NCBI GenBank assembly: GCA_026025795.1
Contig: JAPEUG010000119.1
Span: 1-41,692, forward strand
Source of the DNA: Thelocarpon superellum
Lineage: Eukaryota
DNA length: 41,692 nt
Direction of reading: 5' to 3'
Shown here: one piece after another, positions 24,634-35,778 of the stretch
Layout: each line of letters opens with the position of its first letter
Numbering within the stretch: position 1 is the first letter of the stretch
Position numbers and translations under genes: made by a program
Notes under the pieces: generated by a model
Told to the model about the DNA's origin: nothing
Database searches by the model: none
Seen by the model: the letters and a program-made list of their open reading frames with translations, nothing else

Positions 24634-27030
24634 ATGGGAGGTGTAGAATGGCTGGCGATATGGCATATGTACCGAACCCCCATTCTGATGGGACTGCTGG
24701 CCACCCTCCTTATCCTCCGAATATGGATGCATTTGACGTTCACGCGCACGCATGGCCCGGAGAACTCGGTGTTTGTAAAAGGAGTGCAATCTCCTTCGGT
24801 CCCAGTAAAACCAGCGGACAACAAGATAGAAGTCTCGTTGGCAGACTCAGAGAAAGAAAAGCCCAAGAGAAAGACGCCTCCGCGGAGAGTGGACGGCCGA
24901 AGCACTCGGGTTCACGGAGGACCGGAGTCTAAGGACGACGAAGACGCCGACTGCAAAGTCCAGATTTTGGTCTTCTTCTTCTCCCTCACGGGCTCAACGG
25001 AGAAAAGGGCCAGGTGGCTGGTCGAGCAGCTCAAGCTCGAGTCTGCCCCTGAGCCGGAAGGCTCAAAGCTCCTACCGCCGGGTTTGCTCGACTTATCCTC
25101 CGTTGATTTGGACGAGTATTTCATCTCTCCACCAAAACCATCCAATCCCCAGGAAAAGGTCAAATACGTCTATCTTATCATCCTGCCCACTTACGACCTC
25201 GACACGATTTTGAATACCTATCTCGAGCACCTACGAGAGACGCATCACGACTTTCGCATCGATACCGCCCCGCTGTCGTCCCTATTAGGCTATGCGGTCT
25301 TTGGGTTTGGAGATCGGGAGACATGGCCGACAGAGGAGGAAGGATTCTGCTCTCAGGCAAGAGAAGTGGACCGGTGGATGGCCAAATTGACGGGTCGAAA
25401 GCGCGCCTTTCCACTAGGGATGGGGGATGTGAAAACCGACGCCGCCGAGCGATTGGCAGAATGGGCCTTGGGAGTGAACGAGACGGTGACAGAGCTGATA
25501 GATTGCGGCAGTCTCGGGGAAGGGGTGAGAGGGAGTGGAGATCCTGTGGAAAGTGATGAAGAGGATGCGGATGAGGTGAACGAGGAAAGCGACGCGACTC
25601 GTGCTCCTTCGACGACAACCAAGCCATTCGCTTCCAGAGTAGATGACGTCGAGGACCTCGGCCGGACTCTGACATCCTCGTCAGAGGCCGCGGCCCCGAA
25701 CGCATCAAGCATGGGAGTCATAGCAGTGGACTTTACGACCTATGGCCAAACGAACGCACCAGCCGCCCAGCCAATCAGGGAGATGGTGCCCAAGTCGTCC
25801 CCGACCTATGCGACTTTGACAAAACAAGGCTACACCATCGTCGGGTCTCACTCGGGGGTCAAGATCTGCCGATGGACCAAGTCGGCCCTGCGCGGCCGCG
25901 GCTCATGCTACAAGTACTCATTCTACGGCATCAAGTCACATCTATGCATGGAGACGACCCCATCGCTGAGCTGCAGCAACAAATGCGTGTTCTGCTGGCG
26001 CCATGGCACCAACCCCGTGGGCACCACCTGGCGGTGGAAGGTCGACCCACCCAAGTTGATCTTCGACGGCGTCAAGGAGGGCCACTACAAGAAGATCCGC
26101 ATGATGAAGGGTGTGCCAGGGGTACGAGCGGATCGATTTGCCGAAGCCTTTCGCATCCGGCACTGTGCGCTCAGTCTCGTCGGCGAGCCCATCTTCTACC
26201 CTCACATCAACGAGTTCACCGCGATGTTGCACCGCGAGCACATCTCCAGCTTCCTGGTCTGCAACGCACAACACCCCGACCAGCTCGCCACCCTGCAGCC
26301 CGTGACCCAGCTGTACGTCAGCATCGACGCCAGCAACCGTGAGAGCCTGCGCAAGATCGACCGACCTCTCCACCGCGACTTCTGGGAGCGGTTCCAGCGC
26401 TGTCTCGACCTCCTCCGCGAAAAGCGCTTCCAACAACGCACCGTCTTCCGACTCACGCTCGTCAAGGGATTCAACATGGCGGACGAAGTCGAAGGCTACG
26501 CCACCCTCGTCGAGCGCGGCCTCCCCTGCTTCGTAGAAGTCAAGGGGGTGACGTACTGCGGCACCTCAACGTCCGCAGGGGCGGGTCTGACGATGCAAAA
26601 CGTGCCGTTTTACGACGAAGTGCGCGCCTTCGTCCTCGCGCTCAACGACGCCCTCGCGGCCCGCGGCCTGCACTATGGCCTCGCAGCCGAGCACGCCCAC
26701 AGCTGCTGCATCCTGCTCGCGTCGACGCGCTTCCGCATCGACGGACGATGGCACACGCTCATCGACTACGCGCGCTTCTTCGAGTGTTTAGAGTCCGGGC
26801 GCGGATTCACGCCCGAGGACTACGTCGGCCCGCCGACGCCCGAGTGGGCGCTGTGGGGTAACGGCGGCTTCGATCCTGCAGATACGAGAGTGTATCGGAA
26901 GGGGAAGAATAAGAAGCCATTGCTGCAGGGGGATGGTGGGGGTGCAGATGAATACGGGGAAAAGGGCACTGTGGATGAAGAGGCCGTGATAGAAGAGTCG
27001 GCAGTGCCTGTTCCCATAGATGAGACATAA
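24634..27030 (+). CDS. TYW1: tRNA wybutosine-synthesising radical-SAM enzyme Tyw1
   Basis: Intronless 798-aa ORF: N-terminal TM anchor, flavodoxin-like domain (SLTGST; YAVFGFGD), KQGYTIVGSHSGVKICRWTK, CSNKCVFCWRH (CxxxCxxC), EVKGVTYCG, EHAHSCC. Confidence 0.97.
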   Translation: MGGVEWLAIWHMYRTPILMGLLATLLILRIWMHLTFTRTHGPENSVFVKGVQSPSVPVKPADNKIEVSLADSEKEKPKRKTPPRRVDGRSTRVHGGPESKDDEDADCKVQILVFFFSLTGSTEKRARWLVEQLKLESAPEPEGSKLLPPGLLDLSSVDLDEYFISPPKPSNPQEKVKYVYLIILPTYDLDTILNTYLEHLRETHHDFRIDTAPLSSLLGYAVFGFGDRETWPTEEEGFCSQAREVDRWMAKLTGRKRAFPLGMGDVKTDAAERLAEWALGVNETVTELIDCGSLGEGVRGSGDPVESDEEDADEVNEESDATRAPSTTTKPFASRVDDVEDLGRTLTSSSEAAAPNASSMGVIAVDFTTYGQTNAPAAQPIREMVPKSSPTYATLTKQGYTIVGSHSGVKICRWTKSALRGRGSCYKYSFYGIKSHLCMETTPSLSCSNKCVFCWRHGTNPVGTTWRWKVDPPKLIFDGVKEGHYKKIRMMKGVPGVRADRFAEAFRIRHCALSLVGEPIFYPHINEFTAMLHREHISSFLVCNAQHPDQLATLQPVTQLYVSIDASNRESLRKIDRPLHRDFWERFQRCLDLLREKRFQQRTVFRLTLVKGFNMADEVEGYATLVERGLPCFVEVKGVTYCGTSTSAGAGLTMQNVPFYDEVRAFVLALNDALAARGLHYGLAAEHAHSCCILLASTRFRIDGRWHTLIDYARFFECLESGRGFTPEDYVGPPTPEWALWGNGGFDPADTRVYRKGKNKKPLLQGDGGGADEYGEKGTVDEEAVIEESAVPVPIDET

Positions 27031-27268
27031 CCGCCCGTTCCTTCCCCTTTGCCTTCCATTCTTTCATTCTTCCTCTCTATTACTCTACCTCGCGAGGGCG
27101 CTGAGCCGCATAGTGAAGTTTCGCAGGATAAGAAAAGCGTGGCATGAGATGAGACAATAACGCCAAGGGCCCGTATCGTGTCGAGCCGAACGCGCACAGA
27201 ACAGAACAAAACATTGAAGCCTTCACAAGACACGGTTGGAGATCCTTACTTCCCTCCCTCCCTCGAGT

Positions 27269-27393
27269 CATCCATCCAAGCACCCACCCAACCACCCATC
27301 CATCCACCCATCCATCCGTCCATCCATCCACCCATCCGTCCACCCAGCCATCCACCCATCCGTCACCCAGCCATCACCCAGCCATCCACCCAT
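27269..27393. repeat. Degenerate tetranucleotide microsatellite (CCAT/CCAC/CCGT)
   Basis: About 30 imperfect 4-mers between the convergent TYW1 and SAT4 3' ends. Confidence 0.9.
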
Positions 27394-27516
27394 CAAACAT
27401 TGCTGCCGTTCTTTTGTGATAGGGATTGAATGCTCCCATGTAGTCATCGTCGTGCTTCTGCCTTCCTCGCGTAACGTCTGTCTCTCTCATATCTTCATCG
27501 CTCAGGACGCCGGTCT

Positions 27517-30232
27517 TCACTTCGTCGCGTTCGCAGGCGCGTTGTTGGCGCTCGGCTCGAGCGTGTGGACGTGACCTGGTGCCGAGACGATCTCTCCGCC
27601 GTCTTCCTGCCGACACAGGGGCGTGGACGCGAGCCAAGGGTCGGCGAGCACTTCTTGCAGGGTGGCGCGCTTGGTGGGATTGATTTCGAGCATCAGAGCG
27701 ATGATGGAGCGGCTCTCGCGGGGGAGGAGGCGCAAGAGCCGCCAGGGCCCTTTGATCTGCGTGGGTGGGGTGTTGGCGACCGTCGGGGCAGCCGTGGAGC
27801 TGGCCGGGGTTGGAAGCTGGTCGGAGGATGCGTTTTTGGAGCCGTCGTCGGCAGCGTGCGACGGCGGGTCGGATTCCGACGCCTCGCGGTCGCCCTGATG
27901 GCGGTGGCGGTGTCGGTGTCGGTGAGTGCTGGTGGTATCACGGGTGGAATCGCGCGACGCAGGGTAGGAGGACTCGGCCGAGGTGGGGTCGTCCTCCGAC
28001 CGCAAGACGGCATCGGGGAGGTCGGCAGTCGATTTAGGTCGATGGTCGCCTCGTCGCCCGAATGATCCTTCCGAATACGGCGTGCCGGGCGTGGGGATCG
28101 ACGCGAAGAGTTTGTACGAGTTGTCGGTATATCGGGGCGCCTTCCACGGGAAGCGTCGCAAGGACATGCAGCAGAAGATGATGGCCAGCGACCAGATGTC
28201 CGGTGGCTGTGGATCGTATTTGTTGCTGTCGAATACTTCCGGCGCAAGGTACGGATCGCTGCCAACGATACCTGCACGCCCAGTTAGCCACCACGTACGT
28301 CGTTTGACTCGGACACGGGGAGACGAACCGTGCGCCATGACGATGTCGTTTTCAAACGGATATCGAAATACCGTTGCGCTGCCAAAGTCAATGATCTTCA
28401 TGATGCCGTGATCATTGACGACGACGTTGTCGAGCTTGAGATCGCGATGCGCCAAGCCCATGCTATGCAGGTAGGCAACACCGGTGATGATCTGCAGAAA
28501 GGAACAGCTGACCTCCTCGCGGCTCATCTTGCCCGTCATGACGGCGGCGAAGAGATCAAAGGGTGCATATTCCATCACCTCGTACCACTTGCCGTGCTCG
28601 TGCACGATGTCCAGGGTCTCGATGATGTTGCCGTGGTGCAGCGTCGATCCGATGCAGAATTCCGCCGTCACCTTCTTGGCGTAGTCGCGCTCGGACTCAT
28701 GCGGATGACGGTCGCGAAATTCCTTCACGGCAAAGGTCACGCCATCCCCACTCCGCTTCAACAGTCGGACGGACCCGCCCGCGCCCGCTCCGAGGACCTT
28801 GCCGAATTTGCCGTACTTGGACGTCAAGCCGTGGTCGTCGGCAAAGGGCACGGCCGTCTTGGGCAATTGGTGAGGCGGGGAGCGGGTACCCGACGTGCTG
28901 TTGCTGGTCCCCAAGCTGGACTTGGAGGCCGGTGAATGCTGTCGCTTGCTCTTATGTCCCAATCGGAAGAAGCGTTTGAGATCCGACATCGACCCGTGAC
29001 TGGCCCCCTCGTCCAGATGGCCCTTTCCGCCTCGAGCGTGTGGGAAGATGTGCGGATGTCGCTCGCCCGAGCCCGAGCGCGAGACGGCTGGGGCTGGCGC
29101 ACTCTGGCCCCCGTGCGCTCCATGACCCGAGTGACGACGCGAGTCTTTTCCGCTGAACTTGAATCGCGCGTCGATGCCCTCCAAGGTCTTGGGCTGCGGC
29201 GGTCGCTTGTTGCGAGCGTATGGGTCGTCCTTGTCCCCGAAAGGAGCAAAGGGCTGGCTGTAGGGTGTGCTGGTGCCGGAACCACTGCCACCGGCACCGG
29301 TGGCACTTTCTTCCAGCGACAGTTGGGAAGTGTCGCCGCCGGGCCCGATGGTGAAGAGGGGATTGTGTTTGGACTGTGACGAGTCTACACTCGAGTCGGT
29401 GACGGACGTCGGTTGAGTTGAGGCCATCTCTGCGGTGGAAGGTCGCGACGACGAAGTGCTGGGCGCTTGGTCGTTGTCGGAGCCGAGGGCTTTGCCGATG
29501 CTGGTCGAGGGCGCGTGGCCCTGCGGCGGCGAGATCTCCGGCGTCATGGTGACGGGATCGGGATGTGCTTTGCCCCCAACGGCAGACGGGGCCGGGTGGT
29601 CTGCGGAGAGGGTTTCCGCGGGGGTCAAGGGCGGAGAATGGACAGTGGAACCCAGCGGCGACGGTCGTGGAGACGCGCCGCCCAGGGCCGGGCTAGCCTG
29701 AGCGTCATTCGAGGGCACCTATCGTGAATCATCAGCGGGACCGGCCTTTTCGACAATAGGCGCACGGGAACAATGCCAACGTACCCTCGAGGCCGGTAGG
29801 GAGACTGGTTCGAAGCTGAAGTTTTTCATCCTTCCTTCCTGAAGGCGGGTGTTGGTGAGGGTGATGGACAGATTGCGGATCTCGTCCTCCACCTGGGGAT
29901 CGAGATCTGTCGTCTGCCTCGTGACTTCCGAATTCAGGCTGTCGACCGGTTGAGCATCCGGGGGCGAGATTTCCTGCTTGACGGAGCTGAAGCGGACCGT
30001 CTGCAGTGGGGGCTCATGCGGTGCGTCGGCCGGGTGGGGCTCGCTGGGCTCCGAGGGTTCAATGACCGGCGCAGCGCCGGCACCGACGGGGGCGAGAGGT
30101 GGTAAATCAGACGACTCGGGCTTGGGTCGGTGGAGGATGCCTGTGCGACAAAACTGTCAGTCAGGATGGTCGCTTTCGAATCTCGAGGACGAATGAGCAT
30201 ATACCCTTGGGCTCGTCGTGTGGGGTATTCAT
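27517..30232 (-). CDS. SAT4: Ser/Thr protein kinase Sat4/Hal4 (HalA), ~842 aa
   Basis: ATG 30232; introns 30204-30141, 29784-29719, 28328-28272 give one continuous frame. [55 protein letters not shown]…DNSYKLF match Sat4. Confidence 0.92.
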
Positions 30233-31442
30233 GGCGTCACGACACGGGGCGGGCGCGACGGAGGACGTGATAGCGATGGGAAGCGACGTGTCAGAGTTTG
30301 GCTCGGTGGTTGCTCAGCATGCTGGTATCGTAATCATCGAGAGATTGGATGGTTTTGCGCACGACAATGGCAAGTCTGGTACCGCGTGGTAGGTGGATCT
30401 GGAGACTGGCCTGAGATCCAGCGTGGGCCAACGCGGGCCAGGGCCCCCCAGCGGACGCGCTTCCGGATAGCCGTCTGCGGTGACTAACGTGGGGCACCGC
30501 CGGTCGTCCGGGGCACGTCAGAGCCGGACAGCGGCACGGCCACGCTGCAGCGATGTAGTGCGGCGACACTGTGCTACGGCGTACGTGGAAGTGCCAGGTG
30601 CAAGCGGCCTTGCCGACCTGAACGTGCGCGCGCTGCCTTGGTTCGGATCGACGGCTGGCTCGCCGACCGCCGAGCAGAGGCGCTGACCCCGACAGACAAT
30701 CGTCCAACGACGAACAAGAAGAAACGGCAGACTTGTCGCTCGATCTTTCCCATTGCCAGCTACATGGATGGATACTACGCAAGTAAGGAGACTGCACCCG
30801 TCATCGCGGAACCTAAGTGGGGTAGAATGATCCGTGACTCGAGCCGCGTCGAGGGTTGAATGAGGGAGAACGCGAGCGACGGAGAGCCTCGCTGGCAACA
30901 CGTGCGACTGGCGGACACGACAGGGGTGCACCGGTATTTTCCGGATGTCTTACTTGTCAGGGTCCGATTGTGCCCATGCAACTTTGGATACGCCGCCACG
31001 GCCCGTCCCAGTGACAGCGAGATATAGAGGGCAGGTGCCCGCATACGCGAAGCAGATGACCCTCCAACCGAGGCTGCTGCTCTTCGTTTCCTCGATGCTG
31101 TTTGTCACCGTTGGGCTCCCTCGGGCGCTGGCTCATGCAGGAGCTTCTCGGATGGTGAGTGGCTGGCCATCCATCTCCCTCATCCTCTACGCGAGTCTCT
31201 GTCCAGCGTACGGCGATCAATTCGGCGACTGATAAGCTTCAGTGGTGAGAGTCGTACGAGGGCACGAAAAATGCTGTTGCTCCGGACATCATCACATGCG
31301 TGCACCACGCCAATACCTAGAAACCGCGGCCAAGCCTCCGCCCTGTAGGAGTGGGACGAGGGGACATAGGGTGGGCGTTGAGGTCCGCTCAACGCCGTGT
31401 CCATGCGCGTCATCCGTTTCCCGCTCTATGTAATGTGCATGG

Positions 31443-31959
31443 TCACGGCACCACCTTGACCCCAATGGACCGTGCCTGGGCGATGATGGACTTGCACAGG
31501 CCCTCCAGGGATATGCCCGACAATCGCATCTCGGCCCGCTTGATCTTGGCGATCTCATAGACGTGCTTGAGGCTCACTTCTCCCACCACCTCCTTGCCGG
31601 GCTCCATGGCGCCGCGCACCTTGCCTTTACGCTCCTTGACCGCCGCGGCGTTCATCAACAGATGCGAGGTCACCGGGGTGCGCAGTTCGAAGTGGAAGGA
31701 CCGGTCCGGTCGGACGGTGACGCGCGCGGGGATGGGGGTGCCGGTGAGCATGTGGGCGGTGCGCGCATTGAACTCCTGGACTGGCCGTCAGCGTCGAAAG
31801 AGGTAACCAGATTGTTGGTGGACGACGCACTTTGCAGAAATCCATGCTCTTGACTCCCTTGCTGCCCAAGGCGGGGCCCACCGGCGGACTGGGGCTGGCC
31901 TGGCCTGCGCCCACGATGAGCTTCACGATCTGGTCGGTTGCGGCCGCTCGTCGTGACAT
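31443..31959 (-). CDS. MRPL19: Mitochondrial ribosomal protein uL11m
   Basis: [38 protein letters not shown]…[13 protein letters not shown]; intron 31830-31776. Confidence 0.96.
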
Positions 31960-32130
31960 GGTGGTGGAAGGCTCGTCCGGGGCGACGGCCGAGTTGGTTG
32001 CGTAGCACCTGAGGGTCTGGAAACGATCGCGTCCGGCGTGAAGCTGCGCCCGGTTGGGTTGGCCGCACAAGCGAGGCCGCACCACCAGAAATGCTGGACG
32101 CACGGCATGTCAGAGGGACGGAAAGCGAGG

Positions 32131-32170
32131 GCGAAAGCGAAAGCGAAAGCGAAAGCGAAAGCGAAAGCGA
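32131..32170. repeat. (GCGAAA)6+ hexanucleotide microsatellite in the MRPL19/SVF1 bidirectional promoter
   Basis: Seen directly. Confidence 0.95.
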
Positions 32171-32360
32171 GAGGCGAGTAACCAAGTCCGACGTCAGAGC
32201 TTCCGCCACTCAGCCCACAACGCCCACGACACCCACCACGTCCCCTACAAGTACGCCCACACGCTCTCTTCCTTATCCTGCTCCGAGTGACGGCCACCAT
32301 CTCCGTCGTCTCTCCTGTAAAATTCTCCCAGTTCCTACATTCTCCCAACGTGACGGCAGG

Positions 32361-33732
32361 ATGTTGAACTGGGCCAAACAGCAGTATGTAATGGTGGAAG
32401 GGTCGTCGCACGCGACTGCACCTCGATCTAATGTGGTCGTGGACCTCTAGGGTCGCGAACGTCGCCGGCACTCGGGAGCCCATCTACGGCCCGTCGGCCA
32501 TCAAGTCCGTCGCCACCCAGGCGACGGAAATCCCCTACACGGAGGTCACCAAGGATGACCTGAGATGGGTGGCCATGCAATCGACCTGCGTCGAGACCCA
32601 GACCTTCTACCTGACCACTGACGCTGGCCAGCTGGCCATGGCTCAGGTCATCTACAGTAATGTGGGGTACGAGACAACCGATGGGACCATGGAGCGAGAC
32701 AACTGAATAGGTCATAGTGGAATCCGGACGACCTGTCAGTTCAACACGAAGATCTTCTCGACGGATGGCAAGACGCCCCATCTCTGGGCCTCCGATCCCC
32801 TCCAAAATTTCGGCTTCGACGATGAGAATCTGTCATTTTATGCCGACAATGTCGCCATTACCCTGTCGGAGGATGGCACTCAGTACTGCATCAAGGGCGC
32901 GACCAACGACCAAGCCATCGTGCATCTGACCTTCACGAGGACGGCTCCCGGATTTCAGGTAGGCAAGGATGGGACCACCCTCTTTGGAACCGATCTGGAG
33001 AATCCGTGGGGCTCGATGCGACATGTTTTCTGGCCGCGGAACAAGGTCGAAGGTACTATCATCACCCCCGCGGGGGAATTGAACTGCCAGGGCAAAGGGC
33101 TCTTCATTCATGCGCTCCAAGGCATGAAGCCTCACCACGCCGGTCCGTCGCGCGCCCTCCTGATGGTGCAAAGATGGAGGCATTGCTGACGCTCTCCACA
33201 GCGGCAACGTGGAACTTTGTCAATCTCCAGACTCCCACGTACTCGGCCGTGATGATGGAGTACATGACGCCGCCGTCATATGGCTCGACCCGAGTAAATG
33301 TGGGTGGCGTGGCGCGGGATGGCGAGATCATGGCCGCCGGCTCCGCCAATACTGCCTCACATACCGATGTCAAAGGTGATCCCGAGAACGACTGGCCGGA
33401 ACCCGCGGCCGTCAAATTTACCTGGACCGGTCAAAGCAAGGATGACAAGCCCGTGCACGCCGTGCTGGAAGGATCCTTGGGCACCCGCCTGGACCGAGTC
33501 GACGTGCTGGCCGAGGTGCCCGGGTTTGTCAAGACGATCGTAGGTGGAGTGGTAGGCACCAAGCCCTACATCTATCAGGTGAGTCCTCTCCGAGCGCAGT
33601 GCTCGCACCATCTCCATATTTCGTGTTGATTGGAATCAGTACTCAACACCCCTGGACTTGACGGTGAAAGTGGGAGATGAAGAAACCACGGAGAAGGGCG
33701 TGCTCTTCTCCGAGGCCGTCTTCATCTCATAG
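32361..33732 (+). CDS. SVF1: Survival factor 1 (Svf1)
   Basis: [70 protein letters not shown]…[15 protein letters not shown]; introns 32384-32450, 32667-32717, 33143-33201, 33579-33639. Confidence 0.95.
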
Positions 33733-34350
33733 GTTGGAGTGGAAACGGCGTTATGGACCACTGACAGCTTGTCTCCGTCTCGCGGTCCGCTCCTTGGTTT
33801 GAAGCGCTCCGTCTGGATGCAGGCGACGTAATAGACGGTGATGAGGGTGATGTGCGATGGATGGATAGACCATGGTGACTTGGCCCCAGAGTCATGGGAT
33901 GAGATGTACCGTCTCGCCGCTTCGACCAATTCTCTGCTTCACTCACATGACCCGCGAGCTCATCGCCTTGGTCACTTCAACGATTGAATGCTCACCCCTC
34001 GCGTACGAATACCTCGTTGAGCAGTCGCGTGTTTCGCAGCGCGTGTGGACGGGGCGTGGACCCCCGGTACGCTAAGCCGAAATTGGGACAAGGTCAGACT
34101 GTGCACCTGTCGGCACGTTGGCTTGCGTCCGCTAGCCGGTCGCGCCGGTCCTCGCGTGGACTCCGTACTCGAACGCGGCCAACATCACAAAGTCGAAGCT
34201 CGACCCTGGTACGAAGGCCCAGAGCTGAGAGCGTCGAACCCACTGTACAAGTGTAGCCTCATCAAGTGTCCCCATCTGCGAGCTTCCCCTTACGCTCCCA
34301 TTGCCAACTCATCTGCCTGCTCAACGACGTCGCTCTTACTTCCTTGCATC

Positions 34351-35134
34351 ATGGTCCTGCTGACCTTTTTCCCCAGCCAGTCGGGGAAGACTCGTGGGGT
34401 TGCGGCCACAAGCTCGGGCGGCAAGCGTCTCGATCCGAACCGCAAGAGCTTGGGGGGCAAAGGGCTGGGTCACGGTGGCAAAGGATCGCGACGCCACCGG
34501 TAAGCGTCCGGGGCCCCGCGCTTATCGTGGCTGGTCTCACACCTACCCTCAGAAAGATCCTCCGAGACAACATCCAGGGGATCAGTTCGTATTTCCCTGT
34601 CGGACATTGACCCGAGTACAATGCTGATGCAGCGCTACAGCGAAGGGCGATATTCGGTGGGTCGGATCATTCCCGTTGCTCGCCCGGACCATGACTGACT
34701 CTCTTCTGGCTCCAAAGCCGTATGGCCCGTCGTGGTGGCGTGAAACGTATCTCGTCGATGATTTACGACGACATCCGTGCAGCGATGAAGGACCGCCTCA
34801 GCGTGGTACGCCTTCCCTATCTTTCTCATGGCTAGAGGCGAAATACCGACAACTTTTCAGGTCCTCAAGGACGTGGTGTGTTTCCTAGAGCATGCGGACC
34901 GAAAGACGGTGACAGTAACCGACGTGATATTTGCTCTACGACGGGTATGTATCCTTCTGTTGGCCGCCCGAGAATCCCCGTTGGTCAACGCTGATATCTT
35001 GGATGTGACGTATCCAGCTGGGTACCCCTATCTATGGTATGATGTCCAACCATCACTTTCCACTGCCAACGTCAAGGCTCACGGGTATAGGTTTTGACAA
35101 AGGAACCTACACCGAGAAGAAGAGTCGTCGCTGA
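34351..35134 (+). CDS. Divergent histone H4 variant (H4v/H4E-like), 143 aa, 6 introns
   Basis: Exons 34351-34499, 34553-34584, 34641-34656, 34718-34805, 34861-34944, 35018-35036, 35091-35134 give …[109 protein letters not shown]. Confidence 0.9.
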
Positions 35135-35778
35135 TCCGCGCGACTTGTGCATTTCGATACCCTGTCGTACGGCGTTCGGCCGACCCTCGCCCTTACAAGG
35201 CCCGCGAGGGGAGGGAAGGGAAGGGGAGTTGGAAGGCAGGCGGGTTGGGAGAAAAGGAAGGTTGGACGGGTGGAAGTGTCCCGGTCATTGTTCCTGATTA
35301 TGTCGAAGATGGCTTGAACGGCATCATCAGGAGCGGCCGGACAGTTCCACTCCTGATTGGCTTTTGGCGAATTCGCCTACGTCAGTGCGTCAATCTTGAG
35401 ATGACCGTTCGATTTCGTCCCCAGTTGAGACTCAACTTCCATGGTGATGAGGAAAATAGGCCAGTGGTTCTGGCTCAGTTGCGCTCGCTCTCAGATAGAG
35501 CCCGCCCGTCAGGTCGATCACAGCGCCAAAGGGTCCGACAAAGTCTGGAGGAGGTGGGAAGCGAGAGAGATTGACGTGCCTTGGCTCGTTGAAATCCAGA
35601 CACAGATTCAAGTCTGGGAGGGGCCATCAGAAAAGGTAACACCTGGGCTCAAAGATCAGTACAATGCATCCCCTCACCTACGAACGAAACAGACGACGGG
35701 GAGGCTCGCGATCATTGGCTCAAATTTGCTTTATCAGCGCCAAAGACGAAGAGACGGCGGCATCTTGACGACATATGG

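Noticed and set aside
34220..34250. tRNA-like GGTTCGA on the minus strand
   Set aside because: No T-stem pairing or cloverleaf; other GGTTCGA hits lie inside coding exons.
34356..34380. Branch/acceptor-like CTGAC…CCCCAG suggesting an upstream H4v exon
   Set aside because: No ATG within ~350 bp upstream, and ATG 34351 has a good context (ATCATGG); kept as the start, with residual doubt.
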